A stretch of DNA of 24,000 nt from an uncultured Synergistaceae bacterium (GCA_964509435.1 CAZDXA010000007.1:53059-77058), one strand, 5' to 3'. Shown: positions 8,059 to 17,165, counted from the first letter of the stretch. Made by a program: numbers and translations. The notes: a model not told the origin generated them from the sequence alone.

Positions 8059-9942
8059 ATGAACAGGAAACAGAAGATCATGCTTTTGCGCATTATTGCC
8101 GCATCGCTTATGATGATCGCGCTGCATTTCGCGCCGCTGCACGGCGTTCAGCGCTTTCTGCTGTATATGGTGCCCTATCTGACAGTGGGATATGACATTC
8201 TGCTGAAGGCAGGCAGGGGCATTCTCAATCATCAGGTGTTTGATGAGAACTTTCTGATGGGTATAGCCACGGTAGGCGCCATGGCGCTTGCGGTTTATGA
8301 GGACGGCGACTACACTGAGGCCATCGCCGTCATGCTGTTCTATCAGATCGGCGAGCTCTTTCAGAGCATTGCTGTCGGCCGCAGCCGCAGAAACATCAGC
8401 GCGCTGATGGACATTCGTCCTGATTACGCCAATATTGAACGGAACGGGCGTCTGGAGCGGGTTGACCCTGATGAAGTACAGACAGGCACTGTCATCGTGG
8501 TACAGCCCGGCGAAAAAGTGCCCATTGACGGCGTGGTGACAGAGGGCACATCTTCTCTGAACACAGCGGCACTGACCGGTGAAAGTCTGCCGCGCACTGC
8601 CGAACCCGGAAGTGAAATCCTTTCAGGCTGCATCAACATGTCGGGTGTTCTGAAGATCAGAACTACAAAGGAATTCGGCGAGTCAACCGTTTCCAAAATT
8701 CTCGATCTCGTTGAAAACGCCAGTTCGCGCAAGTCCCGCTCCGAGGAATTCATCAGCAAGTTCGCGCGGTATTACACGCCGGCAGTGTGCTACAGCGCTC
8801 TCGCGCTGGCAGTGCTGCCGCCGCTGATCCGTATTACAGCCATGGGGCTGGCCCCCCAGTGGGGCACATGGCTTTACCGTGCGCTGATCTTCCTTGTGAT
8901 CAGCTGCCCCTGCGCGCTTGTTGTCAGCATACCGCTGAGCTTCTTTGCCGGAATCGGCGGTGCAAGCCGTGAAGGCATTCTGGTCAAGGGCTCGAACTTT
9001 CTTGAAACGCTCTCGCGCACAAAATGCGTTGTTTTTGACAAGACAGGAACGCTGACGCAGGGAGTTTTTGAGGTGACCGCAGTTCACCACTGCCCCATCG
9101 ACAAAAACAAACTGCTTGAATACGCTGCGCTGGCAGAAAGCGCCTCGTCCCATCCCATCAGCAAAAGTCTGAAAAAAGCCTACGGACTGCCTCTTGACCG
9201 CAGCCGCGTGACTGATATTCAGGAATACAGCGGCGAGGGCGTCACAGCGGTGGTTGACGGTGTGAAGGTAGCGGCCGGCAACGCCCGGCTTATGAACCGT
9301 TTCGGCATCCCGTTCATCGCCTGTCACAGTGCAGGCTCTATAGTTCACATGGCCATCAGCGGCGAGTACGCGGGACATATTGTAATCAGCGATCTTCTGA
9401 AGCCTAATGCACGTGAAGCCGTTGCGGCACTGCGCAGCGCCGGCGTCAGAAGAACCGTCATGCTGACAGGCGACAGTCAGCGCGTGGCAGAAAGCGTGGC
9501 TCAGGAAGTAGGAGTTGATGAGTATCACGCAGAACTTCTTCCCGCTGACAAGGTTCAGAAAGTTGAGGAACTCCTTTCCAGATGCCGGCGCAGCGAGAAA
9601 CTGGCATTTGTCGGTGACGGCATCAATGATGCACCTGTGCTCTCGCGGGCTGATATCGGCATCGCCATGGGTGCCATGGGCAGCGATGCGGCCATCGAGG
9701 CAGCGGACGTGGTACTGATGGATGACGACCCTCTGAAAATCGCCAAGGCTATCCGCATTTCGCGCAAATGTCTCCGCATTGTGAAAGAAAACATCTGGTT
9801 CGCCATCGGCGTCAAGCTGCTGTGTCTCCTTGCAGGCGCACTCGGACTTGCCGGCATGTGGCTGGCCATTTTTGCCGACGTGGGCGTAATGGTCATCGCT
9901 GTGATCAATGCTATCCGCGCCATGTTTGTCAGAGATATTTAA
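8059..9942 (+). CDS. Heavy-metal translocating P1B-type ATPase (Zn/Cd type), no N-terminal HMA domain
   Basis: 627 aa; CPCALV transmembrane motif, DKTGTLT phosphorylation site, TGES, VGDGINDAP, SASSHPISK; C-terminal membrane segment with FADVG. SD GGAGGA 8045-8050. Confidence 0.93.
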   Translation: MNRKQKIMLLRIIAASLMMIALHFAPLHGVQRFLLYMVPYLTVGYDILLKAGRGILNHQVFDENFLMGIATVGAMALAVYEDGDYTEAIAVMLFYQIGELFQSIAVGRSRRNISALMDIRPDYANIERNGRLERVDPDEVQTGTVIVVQPGEKVPIDGVVTEGTSSLNTAALTGESLPRTAEPGSEILSGCINMSGVLKIRTTKEFGESTVSKILDLVENASSRKSRSEEFISKFARYYTPAVCYSALALAVLPPLIRITAMGLAPQWGTWLYRALIFLVISCPCALVVSIPLSFFAGIGGASREGILVKGSNFLETLSRTKCVVFDKTGTLTQGVFEVTAVHHCPIDKNKLLEYAALAESASSHPISKSLKKAYGLPLDRSRVTDIQEYSGEGVTAVVDGVKVAAGNARLMNRFGIPFIACHSAGSIVHMAISGEYAGHIVISDLLKPNAREAVAALRSAGVRRTVMLTGDSQRVAESVAQEVGVDEYHAELLPADKVQKVEELLSRCRRSEKLAFVGDGINDAPVLSRADIGIAMGAMGSDAAIEAADVVLMDDDPLKIAKAIRISRKCLRIVKENIWFAIGVKLLCLLAGALGLAGMWLAIFADVGVMVIAVINAIRAMFVRDI

Positions 9943-9996
9943 TTTATCTGCCGTCCTTGAAACACATGCCGGCAGACTTTCAGCACATCAGCAGAA

Positions 9997-10033
9997 AGCG
10001 CGGTCCGGAACCATTTCCGGGCCGCGCTTTTTC
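9997..10033. terminator. Bidirectional intrinsic terminator between the ATPase and asparaginase-like genes
   Basis: AGCGCGGTCCGGAA-CCAT-TTCCGGGCCGCGCT + TTTTT, a 14-bp stem with one G:U pair. Confidence 0.8.
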
Positions 10034-10055
10034 TGCTTCTCTTTTCATCGGACTG

Positions 10056-11045
10056 TTACTGGTCAAGAAGATACTTCTGAAGCTCGTCATCTTTCAGGCC
10101 GGCACCAAGCCCCACTGCCAGTTTTATGCGTGCCTGCAGAGGCGTCAGGAACCCGCCGCTCATCACGCCGAATTCGCTGAGTTTGGCAAAAGCCCCCTCA
10201 AAGTCTTCGCTGTCAAGCACGCATCCCTGCCGGCACCGTGAGGTCATTACCACGGGCACGCCGCTGCGCACAAGTGTTTTCAGATAAGACACCCATGCAG
10301 GATACACATTGCCGCCGCCAAAACCGGCAATCACAAGGCCGTCAAGAGAAGGATGCTCCTCTTCGGTCAGCGCCTGAAGGAATCTCTCGCCGGAACCAAG
10401 AGACGCTTCGAGAAGCTCCACATTGCGTGCCGGCGTGAAAGTCCGGTCAAACACTTTACTGCGCCGCGGAAGCTGCCAGAAGTGCACAGCGCCCCCGCAG
10501 ACGCACCCGGCGGATTCTCTGAAATTTCCCATGTACACACCGCGTCCGTAGTTTGACGCCTCGGTTACATCCGACGCGGCATACAGGCGGCCGTTGGCAC
10601 ACAGCAGCACTCCCTGCCCCCAGGATTCGCGGGCATTGGCTGCGGTCAGAGCCTCGCTCATCACTTTCAGCGCATCACTGCCCGGCTCACCGGGCGTGCT
10701 GCGGGTCACTGCAAAAATCAGCGGCTGCGGGTAAATCCACATCAGATCAGCCAGGTAAGCCATTTCCTCTGCGGCATCGCTGCCGCAGAAAACGACAACG
10801 GCATGCGCGCCGCCGGTGACCTGCTGATTCAGAAGTTCAACCAGATCGCCTGTCATGTGCAGCGAGTAATGGCTTCCCGGCTGGTGACTCCAGTCAACAA
10901 GCTTCACCGAATCGGCCATTTCAGCGGGAATCCATGATCTGATCGTTTCGGCATTTTCATTCTGCTGAGCAGCGCCAGGGCCGTTTTCAAGGCCCTGGAC
11001 GATTTCCCCGCCTGCTATCACAAGTGAGATTGTCTGATTCGGCAT
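10056..11045 (-). CDS. Asparaginase-like (type I/II fold) protein with atypical active-site residues
   Basis: From ATG 11045: MPNQTISLVIAGGEIVQG..., VVVFCGSDAAEEMAYLADLM, VTRSTPGEPGSDALKVMSEALTAAN, GVLLCANGRLYAASDVTEASN, DGLVIAGFGGGNVYPAW. These follow the asparaginase domain layout. The upstream 65 codons in the ORF track overlap the LUD gene and are not credible. Confidence 0.75.
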   Translation of the reverse strand: MPNQTISLVIAGGEIVQGLENGPGAAQQNENAETIRSWIPAEMADSVKLVDWSHQPGSHYSLHMTGDLVELLNQQVTGGAHAVVVFCGSDAAEEMAYLADLMWIYPQPLIFAVTRSTPGEPGSDALKVMSEALTAANARESWGQGVLLCANGRLYAASDVTEASNYGRGVYMGNFRESAGCVCGGAVHFWQLPRRSKVFDRTFTPARNVELLEASLGSGERFLQALTEEEHPSLDGLVIAGFGGGNVYPAWVSYLKTLVRSGVPVVMTSRCRQGCVLDSEDFEGAFAKLSEFGVMSGGFLTPLQARIKLAVGLGAGLKDDELQKYLLDQ

Positions 11046-11047
11046 TT

Positions 11048-11722
11048 TCAGTACCCCAAAGGTTCTCCTACGAGAATCACATATGATTTTCTGCCTTCCG
11101 GCATATCCGGTGCCTGATTGGTGACAAGAAGAAGCCGGCACATGCTGCCCGGCCCGATGCAGCCGTTTTTCGCATGACACCCTGTCACGGCGCAGGGGGT
11201 TCTGCAGCCGAGACGCACTGCATTCGGCGGCGCTGCGCACTCCTGCACACGGGCAATGGCCTTTTCAACGTCAGCGCATACTTTATTCATGCTGATTACA
11301 AAAATCCGGTCGCCCCGGCTCCAGCACATAGCGCCCACGCGGTTGCCGCTGCCGTCAATGTTCACAAGCACGCCGTCCTTTGTAATGGCATTGGAACTGG
11401 TCAGCAGCACATCACACTGCGATTCCTGAAAGCGCGCCTCCATGTTTTCAGCAGGCGCAGCATCAGGGTTCCAGTGCTCCACAACTTTATTCCCGCGGGC
11501 TCTCAGTGCCTCCGGCGCGCCGATTTCGCGGACGGTGACAGACCCGGGGATCCCCACACTGGCCTTCGGCGGTATCAGTTCAAGCACTTTCTTTAATGCT
11601 TCATCGGCCGTGGCCGCATAAAACGGCACGTGTCCGCGCGCTGTCAGCTGCTTTGCCATTACTGCCGCAAGTTTCCGGTACCCCGCTTCCACAGCAGAAC
11701 TCATCGCCGTCGTCTTTTTCAT
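11048..11722 (-). CDS. LUD-domain (LutC/YkgG, DUF162) protein
   Basis: 224 aa; GIPGSVTVREIGAPEALRARGNKVVEHWNP, DVLLTSSNAITKDGVLVNIDGSGNRVGAMCWSRGDRIFVISMNKV, and a Cys-rich tail TPCAVTGCHAKNGCIGPGSMC. Confidence 0.85.
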   Translation of the reverse strand: MKKTTAMSSAVEAGYRKLAAVMAKQLTARGHVPFYAATADEALKKVLELIPPKASVGIPGSVTVREIGAPEALRARGNKVVEHWNPDAAPAENMEARFQESQCDVLLTSSNAITKDGVLVNIDGSGNRVGAMCWSRGDRIFVISMNKVCADVEKAIARVQECAAPPNAVRLGCRTPCAVTGCHAKNGCIGPGSMCRLLLVTNQAPDMPEGRKSYVILVGEPLGY

Positions 11723-11894
11723 CGTTTCTCCGTTTCTCTTCCAGTCAAAAGGAAGACCTGAAAAAATGCCTTTTAATCACACTCCGCCTGTTTATTTTTT
11801 CTCTTACATAAATAAAAACAGAAAGAGCGCACTTTTTGTTATTTTAACACATCTTCCGGAAAAAAGAAAATTTATGAGTGTCAACCAAAATTAC

Positions 11895-11923
11895 TTGACA
11901 CCGTAAAACAGAACGCCTATAAT
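11895..11923 (+). promoter_or_regulatory. Consensus sigma70 promoter of the ylxM-ffh-rpsP operon
   Basis: TTGACA (11895-11900) - 17 bp - TATAAT (11918-11923), an exact consensus in both hexamers. Confidence 0.85.
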
Positions 11924-11949
11924 TCTCACGTCTGAAAGGAGTGGGAGCC

Positions 11950-12297
11950 GTGAGCGGAAATGAAGTTCTGGAACGCAGGATTCACCTCTCCCGGCTGTAC
12001 GATCTCTACGGGCCGCTTCTGACTGAGCGCCAGCGCCGTGTATATGAGATGCACGAGCTGGATGATCTTTCTCTTTCGGAAATTTCCAGTGAGCTGAACA
12101 TCAGCCGCCAGGGCGTTTCTGATCAGCTCACGAAAGTGCGTGAACGGCTTGAGGAAATTGAGCGGCTTCTCGGCTTCGCCGACACTCTGAACCGCATTGA
12201 AAGCAGCGCCCGGGCCATCCTTGAGGGCAAAAACAGCGACGCTCATGCCCGCAGCATCATCGAGGCATGCGGCGGAAGGACATCAGATCATGTTTGA
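11950..12297 (+). CDS. ylxM: YlxM/p13-like HTH protein, putative SRP-associated
   Basis: LYDLYGPLLTERQRRVYEMHELDDLSLSEISSELNISRQGVSDQLTKVRERLEEIERLLG, directly upstream of ffh. GTG 11950 is better spaced from AAAGGAG (11934-11940) than GTG 11941. Confidence 0.88.
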   Translation: MSGNEVLERRIHLSRLYDLYGPLLTERQRRVYEMHELDDLSLSEISSELNISRQGVSDQLTKVRERLEEIERLLGFADTLNRIESSARAILEGKNSDAHARSIIEACGGRTSDHV

Positions 12298-13639
12298 CAC
12301 ACTTAAAGAAAGGCTTGAAAACATCTTCAACGGCCTGCGCGGCCGCGGCAAGCTGACCGAAGACGACGTTCAGCAGGCGCTCCGCGAAATACGCCGTGCG
12401 CTTCTTGAAGCCGACGTCAACTACAAGGTCGTGAAGCAGCTCGTTGAAAACATCCGCGCCCGTGCAGTCGGCGCAGATGTCCTGCAGTCCGTCATGCCGG
12501 CACAGCAGGTAACCGCCATTGTCTATGAGGAAATTGCCAGAATCATGGGCGAAGGCAGCCGCGGAATCACTATTGCCCCCAAGCCGCCGACGCTTGTCAT
12601 GATGGTAGGGCTTCAGGGCGGCGGAAAAACAACCAGCAGCGCAAAACTCGCAAAAAAGCTCGCAAAGAATCACAAACCCCTGCTCGTAGCCTGCGACCTG
12701 CGCCGCCCGGCTGCCGTTGAACAGCTTAAAGTCCTTGCCGGTCAGGCCGGTGCTGCGTTTTTCGGGCCTGAAGAGGGAGAGACTGATGTCACGGCATTGT
12801 CTCAGCGGGCTCTCGCTTACGCTGCAGAACATCTCTATGACGTTCTGATCTTCGATACGGCCGGCCGTCTTGCGATTGACGAAGAAATGATGGCCGAACT
12901 TGACCGCATGAAAGCAGCTCTCAGTCCGCAGGAAATTCTTCTTGTGGTTGACGCCATGTCCGGACAGGAGGCCCTGAACGTCGCTGAGGCTTTCAACAGC
13001 CGTCTCGGCATCACGGGCGTTGTTCTGAGCAAGCTTGACGGCGACGCCCGCGGCGGTGCCGCACTGGCGGTGCTCGCCGCTACAGGTGTGCCCGTGAAAT
13101 TCGCCGGTGTCGGCGAAGGGCTTGACGCCATCGAGCAGTTCGATCCGCACCGCATGGCCGAACGGATCATGGGCATGGGCGACATGGCCGGTCTTGTTGA
13201 AAAGATCAAGGAAGCTGCGACCGAGTCGGACATCCGCCAGATGGCCCAGAGCTTTCAGAAGCAGCGCTTCACCATGGATGATCTGCTCTCTCAGTTTGAG
13301 CAGGTTGAAAAAATGGGGCCGCTTGATAAAGTGATGGACATGCTCCCAAGCGCCGTCACAAGTCAGATGAAGAACCTGCCGCCAGATGCGCTCGATCCGA
13401 AGCGGCTTCTTCAGATGAAAGCCATCATCCAGTCCATGACAAAAGCCGAACGCCGCGATCCCTCCATCATCAAAGGAAGCCGCCGGCGCCGCATCGCCCA
13501 GGGTTCCGGAACGACCGTCCAGATGGTCAACCAGCTGCTGAAGCAGTTCGAGCAGATGAGCGGCCTCTGGAAGCGCTTCGGGAAAATGGGCAGAAAGCAC
13601 GGCATGTTCTCACGTTTCGGGAACATGTTCCGCCGCTGA
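12290..13639 (+). CDS. ffh: Signal recognition particle protein Ffh
   Basis: MFDTLKERLENIFNGLRGRGKLTEDDV; P-loop GLQGGGKTTSSAKLA; DTAGR; SKLDGDARGGAAL; GVGEGLDAIEQFDP; Met-rich M domain. Real start ATG 12290, overlapping ylxM by 8 nt. Confidence 0.98.
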   Translation: MFDTLKERLENIFNGLRGRGKLTEDDVQQALREIRRALLEADVNYKVVKQLVENIRARAVGADVLQSVMPAQQVTAIVYEEIARIMGEGSRGITIAPKPPTLVMMVGLQGGGKTTSSAKLAKKLAKNHKPLLVACDLRRPAAVEQLKVLAGQAGAAFFGPEEGETDVTALSQRALAYAAEHLYDVLIFDTAGRLAIDEEMMAELDRMKAALSPQEILLVVDAMSGQEALNVAEAFNSRLGITGVVLSKLDGDARGGAALAVLAATGVPVKFAGVGEGLDAIEQFDPHRMAERIMGMGDMAGLVEKIKEAATESDIRQMAQSFQKQRFTMDDLLSQFEQVEKMGPLDKVMDMLPSAVTSQMKNLPPDALDPKRLLQMKAIIQSMTKAERRDPSIIKGSRRRRIAQGSGTTVQMVNQLLKQFEQMSGLWKRFGKMGRKHGMFSRFGNMFRR

Positions 13640-13646
13640 ATTCCGC

Positions 13647-13668
13647 AAAAATCCACACGTGGATTTTT
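13647..13668 (+). terminator. Short A/T-flanked hairpin between ffh and rpsP (possible attenuator)
   Basis: AAAAATCCA-CACG-TGGATTTTT. Confidence 0.4.
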
Positions 13669-13707
13669 AATAAACGACACTTATGTTTCAGGAGGTGTAG
13701 CTGAAAA

Positions 13708-13974
13708 ATGGCAGTAAGAATTCGTCTTTCCCGTCACGGCCGCAAAAAGGTTCCGTTCTATCGTCTTGTGGTAGCAGATTCCCACAGCCCCCGCGACGGC
13801 CGTTTCATCGAAGAGCTCGGCACCTACGATCCCATGAAGGATCCCGCTGAGATCAAGATCAACGAAGAATCCGCCGTGAAATGGCTCCGCAACGGCGCTC
13901 TTCCTTCCGACACCGCACGCGCCCTTCTCAAAAAAGCCGGCGTCTGGGCAAAGTTCACTGAAAAGGCTGAGTGA
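13708..13974 (+). CDS. rpsP: Small ribosomal subunit protein bS16
   Basis: [42 protein letters not shown]; AGGAGGTG SD. Confidence 0.98.
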   Translation: MAVRIRLSRHGRKKVPFYRLVVADSHSPRDGRFIEELGTYDPMKDPAEIKINEESAVKWLRNGALPSDTARALLKKAGVWAKFTEKAE

Positions 13975-13979
13975 TTTTT

Positions 13980-14249
13980 ATGGATTATCAGGCACTGGTC
14001 AAAACCATCACTGATTCACTTGTCACAAAACCCGAAGCCGTCGAAATCACTGCAGAAAAAGACGCTGAAGGCGTTCTCCGCGTGCTCATTCACGTTGCTG
14101 CAGAGGACACAGGCCGCGTGATCGGCCGCCGCGGCGCCACGATCAACGCAATCCGTCAGCTTGTCCGCGTTTCCTCCGTCAAGGGCGGGGACAAAGTAGA
14201 AGTTGACGTTGCCGAAACCGCCAAAGCCGACGAAAAAGCGGCTGAGTAA
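13980..14249 (+). CDS. khpA: KH-domain RNA-binding protein KhpA (YlqC)
   Basis: DTGRVIGRRGATINAIRQLV (GxxG KH motif) between rpsP and rimM; ATG 13980 preferred over GTG 13971. Confidence 0.93.
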   Translation: MDYQALVKTITDSLVTKPEAVEITAEKDAEGVLRVLIHVAAEDTGRVIGRRGATINAIRQLVRVSSVKGGDKVEVDVAETAKADEKAAE

Positions 14250-14257
14250 AAAAAGCG

Positions 14258-14785
14258 ATGTCCCGTGACGTCAGAGTCGTAATCGGGCAGGTTCAGGGCG
14301 TGCACGGCGTGAAGGGCGAAGTGAAAATCCGTCCTCTCACCGATTTTCCCGAGCGCTTTGCCGGCATGAAGGAACTGTCGTTCTATCGGAACGGAGAACC
14401 AGTGGGAACTTACGCTGTCCAACAGGTGCGCAGCGTTCTCGAACGTGGGTACTTTCTTGTTTCCCTGCAGAACGTGGAAAACCGCGATCAGGCAGACACG
14501 CTCCGCGGCTGCACAGTTGAGATCTCCCCTGAAGAACGCGTGCCTCTTGCCCCCGGCGAGTTCTGGGCCAGCGACCTCATCGGCCTTGACGCTTACGACG
14601 ACCGCGGCACACGCCTCGGCACCGTCAGGGATATAGCCGCAAACGGCGCATCAGACCTGATCGTCGTCAGAGATGACAGCGGCAGAGATCATCTGATTCC
14701 CGCCTCACCGCAGTTTTTCCTGAATGCCGATCCCGCCGCCGGGCGCATCACGCTTCATCTCATCGAAGGACTGTGGGAACTGTGA
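14258..14785 (+). CDS. rimM: Ribosome maturation factor RimM
   Basis: VVIGQVQGVHGVKGEVKIRPLTDFPERF; PRC-barrel part EFWASDLIGLDAYDDRGTRLGTVRDI. Confidence 0.96.
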   Translation: MSRDVRVVIGQVQGVHGVKGEVKIRPLTDFPERFAGMKELSFYRNGEPVGTYAVQQVRSVLERGYFLVSLQNVENRDQADTLRGCTVEISPEERVPLAPGEFWASDLIGLDAYDDRGTRLGTVRDIAANGASDLIVVRDDSGRDHLIPASPQFFLNADPAAGRITLHLIEGLWEL

Positions 14786-15924
14786 AAGTCACTGTTATAA
14801 CCGCATTTCCCGATTTTCTTGACAGTTTTCTGCACACCAGCATCGTCGGCCGCGCTTTCAGCCGCGGTCTGATTGACGTTCGGGTTGTCAACCTGCGCGA
14901 TTTCTCACGCGGAAATTACCATCAGATCGACGACTACAGCTTCGGAGGCAGCGGCGGCATGACCATCATGCCCGAGGTGCTGGAAGACGCGCTCAGTTCC
15001 GTCAGAACCGACGGTATGAAAGTGCTGTTTCCAACCCCTGTCGGTGCCGTGCTGACGCAGGATCTTGTGGAGTCTCTCGCCGCCGAAAAGCACCTTGTCA
15101 TACTCTGCGGTCATTACGAGGGCCTTGATGAGCGTTTTGTGCAGAAATATGTCGACCTTGAATATTCCATCGGCGATTACGTTCTGACCGGCGGTGAAAT
15201 TCCAGCCATGACGCTGATTGACGCAGTTTCCCGTCTAGTCCCCGGCGTCGTCGGCAAGGAACATTCCGTCACAGACGATTCGTTTTACAGCGGTATGCTT
15301 GACACGCCCCACTTCACACGTCCGGCCGTCTGGCAGGGCATTGAGGTGCCAAAAGAACTCACGTCAGGCAACGATGCGCAGATCGAAAAATGGCGCCGGC
15401 GCACAGCAGCGTTCAGAACGCTTTCCCGCCGTCCGGATCTGCTGAGCAGAGCCAATGTGATGGAATACCTTGAAGACGAAGTTTATCTTGGCATGTGTGT
15501 ATCAAACAGCGACCCCGATCTGACGGACGATCTCACAGTCATCAGCAGGACAGCCGCAGCTTATCAGATTGCACGCGTCATTGCGGCACCTGAAAATCCA
15601 GGGGATTTCGACGTGCTGCGTGAAAAACTCCGGCCGCTGCCGGAAGTCAAAGTTGTTCCCTCTGTCAGACGCATGGCAGAGTGGGCTTCGCGAAAAAAAC
15701 ACGGACCACTGCTCACCGTCGCAGCGCAGGCTCCAGGGGGCATCCCCTGGATGGAAGCAAAACGGCGGATCGTTGAAAACAGCGGCCCTGTTCTGATCCT
15801 CTTCGGCGCTGCAGCCGCAGGAGACAGAGTTACAGACATGCGTCCGCAGGAAACCACCGGTGGAGTTCTGCCTCGCACCGCTCTCGTTTCCACCACGCTG
15901 GACCGTTTTTTCGGTTCCAGATAA
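14782..15924 (+). CDS. trmD: tRNA (guanine-N1)-methyltransferase TrmD with an additional C-terminal SPOUT-like domain
   Basis: [59 protein letters not shown]. About 135 extra C-terminal residues including [13 protein letters not shown] and [17 protein letters not shown] 14782 overlaps the rimM stop. Confidence 0.95.
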   Translation: MKVTVITAFPDFLDSFLHTSIVGRAFSRGLIDVRVVNLRDFSRGNYHQIDDYSFGGSGGMTIMPEVLEDALSSVRTDGMKVLFPTPVGAVLTQDLVESLAAEKHLVILCGHYEGLDERFVQKYVDLEYSIGDYVLTGGEIPAMTLIDAVSRLVPGVVGKEHSVTDDSFYSGMLDTPHFTRPAVWQGIEVPKELTSGNDAQIEKWRRRTAAFRTLSRRPDLLSRANVMEYLEDEVYLGMCVSNSDPDLTDDLTVISRTAAAYQIARVIAAPENPGDFDVLREKLRPLPEVKVVPSVRRMAEWASRKKHGPLLTVAAQAPGGIPWMEAKRRIVENSGPVLILFGAAAAGDRVTDMRPQETTGGVLPRTALVSTTLDRFFGSR

Positions 15925-15952
15925 AATATGTAAAAGCAGGGAGGTTCACACC

Positions 15953-16303
15953 ATGGATCCCAGAATGAAACTCGTTGAGCAGAAGTATATGAAAACCGAC
16001 ATTCCCGAATTCCGTCCCGGCGACACCGTCCGCGTCGCCGTCAAGGTTAAGGAAGGCGCCCATGAACGTCTTCAGGCCTTTGAGGGCATCGTCATCGCCC
16101 GCAAACACGGCGGAATCGGCGAAAGCTTCACCGTCCGCAAGATCAGCAACGGCGTCGGCGTCGAGAGAATTTTCCCTCTCCACTGCCCCAGCATCGCCAA
16201 AATTGAAGTCAAGCGCCTCGGCCGCGTCCGCCGCGCGAAACTGTACTACCTGCGCAGCCTCAGCGGAAAGAGCGCCCGCATCAAAGAACGCCGCCCCAAG
16301 TAA
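15953..16303 (+). CDS. rplS: Large ribosomal subunit protein bL19
   Basis: [65 protein letters not shown]; ATG 15953 with GGGAGG upstream. Confidence 0.98.
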   Translation: MDPRMKLVEQKYMKTDIPEFRPGDTVRVAVKVKEGAHERLQAFEGIVIARKHGGIGESFTVRKISNGVGVERIFPLHCPSIAKIEVKRLGRVRRAKLYYLRSLSGKSARIKERRPK

Positions 16304-16323
16304 GCGCGTTTCCGGAAAAAAGA

Positions 16324-16368
16324 AAGTTCGGAATTCCGTCCCAATCTGCGGAATTCCGAACTTTTTTT
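16324..16368. terminator. Operon-terminal intrinsic terminator after rplS
   Basis: AAGTTCGGAATTCCG-N10-CGGAATTCCGAACTT followed by a T tract; 15-bp perfect stem. Confidence 0.88.
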
Positions 16369-16402
16369 CTGTCAGCGCCGGCCTAGCGGCCGGCGCTGTA
16401 TT

Positions 16403-17050
16403 TTATTCACCGCCCCGCGGCCCGAGCGACTGGGTCAGCAGAATTACCTGCTCTCTGCTCAACCTGAGGCGTTTTCCAAGCCTGCCGCGGTCGAACGATC
16501 CGCGAACCACGCAGGCCCAGTTCCTTGAAGCAGCATAAAGCGAGGCGTTCTGGCAGGCCTCTCCCGCGTGAATGCAGCCCATGCCGTAAACAGCATCTTC
16601 CGGAGGGACATGTTTCAGCTTCTTCCACTGCGTTTTGTCCTGAACATATACCAGATTCACAGCTGCGTCAGCCGTAAAAGCCTGCACGCCTGTTTCGGCA
16701 CGGTAATCCCCTTTTTCAATTTCAATCAGAACGTTCCTGTGAGGATCATAACGGAAAACACCGCTTGACGTCACAGCGTAGATCTGCAGATCCTGCACAT
16801 TCAGGGCCGTCGGGTATACCAGTTTTCCGTCGGGCCGGTTCTGCCCGCCTGCTGCCCACAGAAGGTCAGAAAGCTGCTGAACCGACAGGGGGCCGTCTGC
16901 AAAAGTGCGGGTGGACCGGCGCGCCGCAAGACAGTCAAGCAGCGCCGGGCCGCCGTTTTTCACGGGCTCAGGCAGTGAAATTGTTTCTGCCGCTCCGGCT
17001 GACAGTGCCAGACCGAGGACCATCGCACAACAGACCGCAAATTTCTTCAT
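16403..17050 (-). CDS. Exported nitroreductase (SagB/ThcOx-like) family protein
   Basis: Signal peptide MKKFAVCCAMVLGLALSAGAAE; then LLDCLAARRSTRTFADGPLSVQQLSDLLWAAGGQNRPDG and GEACQNASLYAASRNWACVVRGSFD. Confidence 0.85.
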   Translation of the reverse strand: MKKFAVCCAMVLGLALSAGAAETISLPEPVKNGGPALLDCLAARRSTRTFADGPLSVQQLSDLLWAAGGQNRPDGKLVYPTALNVQDLQIYAVTSSGVFRYDPHRNVLIEIEKGDYRAETGVQAFTADAAVNLVYVQDKTQWKKLKHVPPEDAVYGMGCIHAGEACQNASLYAASRNWACVVRGSFDRGRLGKRLRLSREQVILLTQSLGPRGGE

Positions 17051-17165
17051 GGATCATACCGCCTTTCATGTCATTTTCCATTAATTTTAGCAGTAAATTA
17101 CGGCAGCAGCTGATGCAGTTGTCCCTGCGCAGCCGTGTCTGCCATGAAAAAAACTTTCCATGCAG

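Noticed and set aside
7932-8195. 87-aa + ORF between the HMA and ATPase genes
   Set aside because: Starts within the intrinsic terminator and overlaps the well-supported ATPase start in another frame.
8683-9528. 281-aa minus-strand ORF opposite the P-type ATPase
   Set aside because: Shadow ORF over the CPC and DKTGT motif regions.
12257-13600. 447-aa minus-strand ORF antisense to ffh
   Set aside because: Shadow ORF caused by codon composition of the highly conserved ffh gene; Cys/His-rich, no recognisable motifs.
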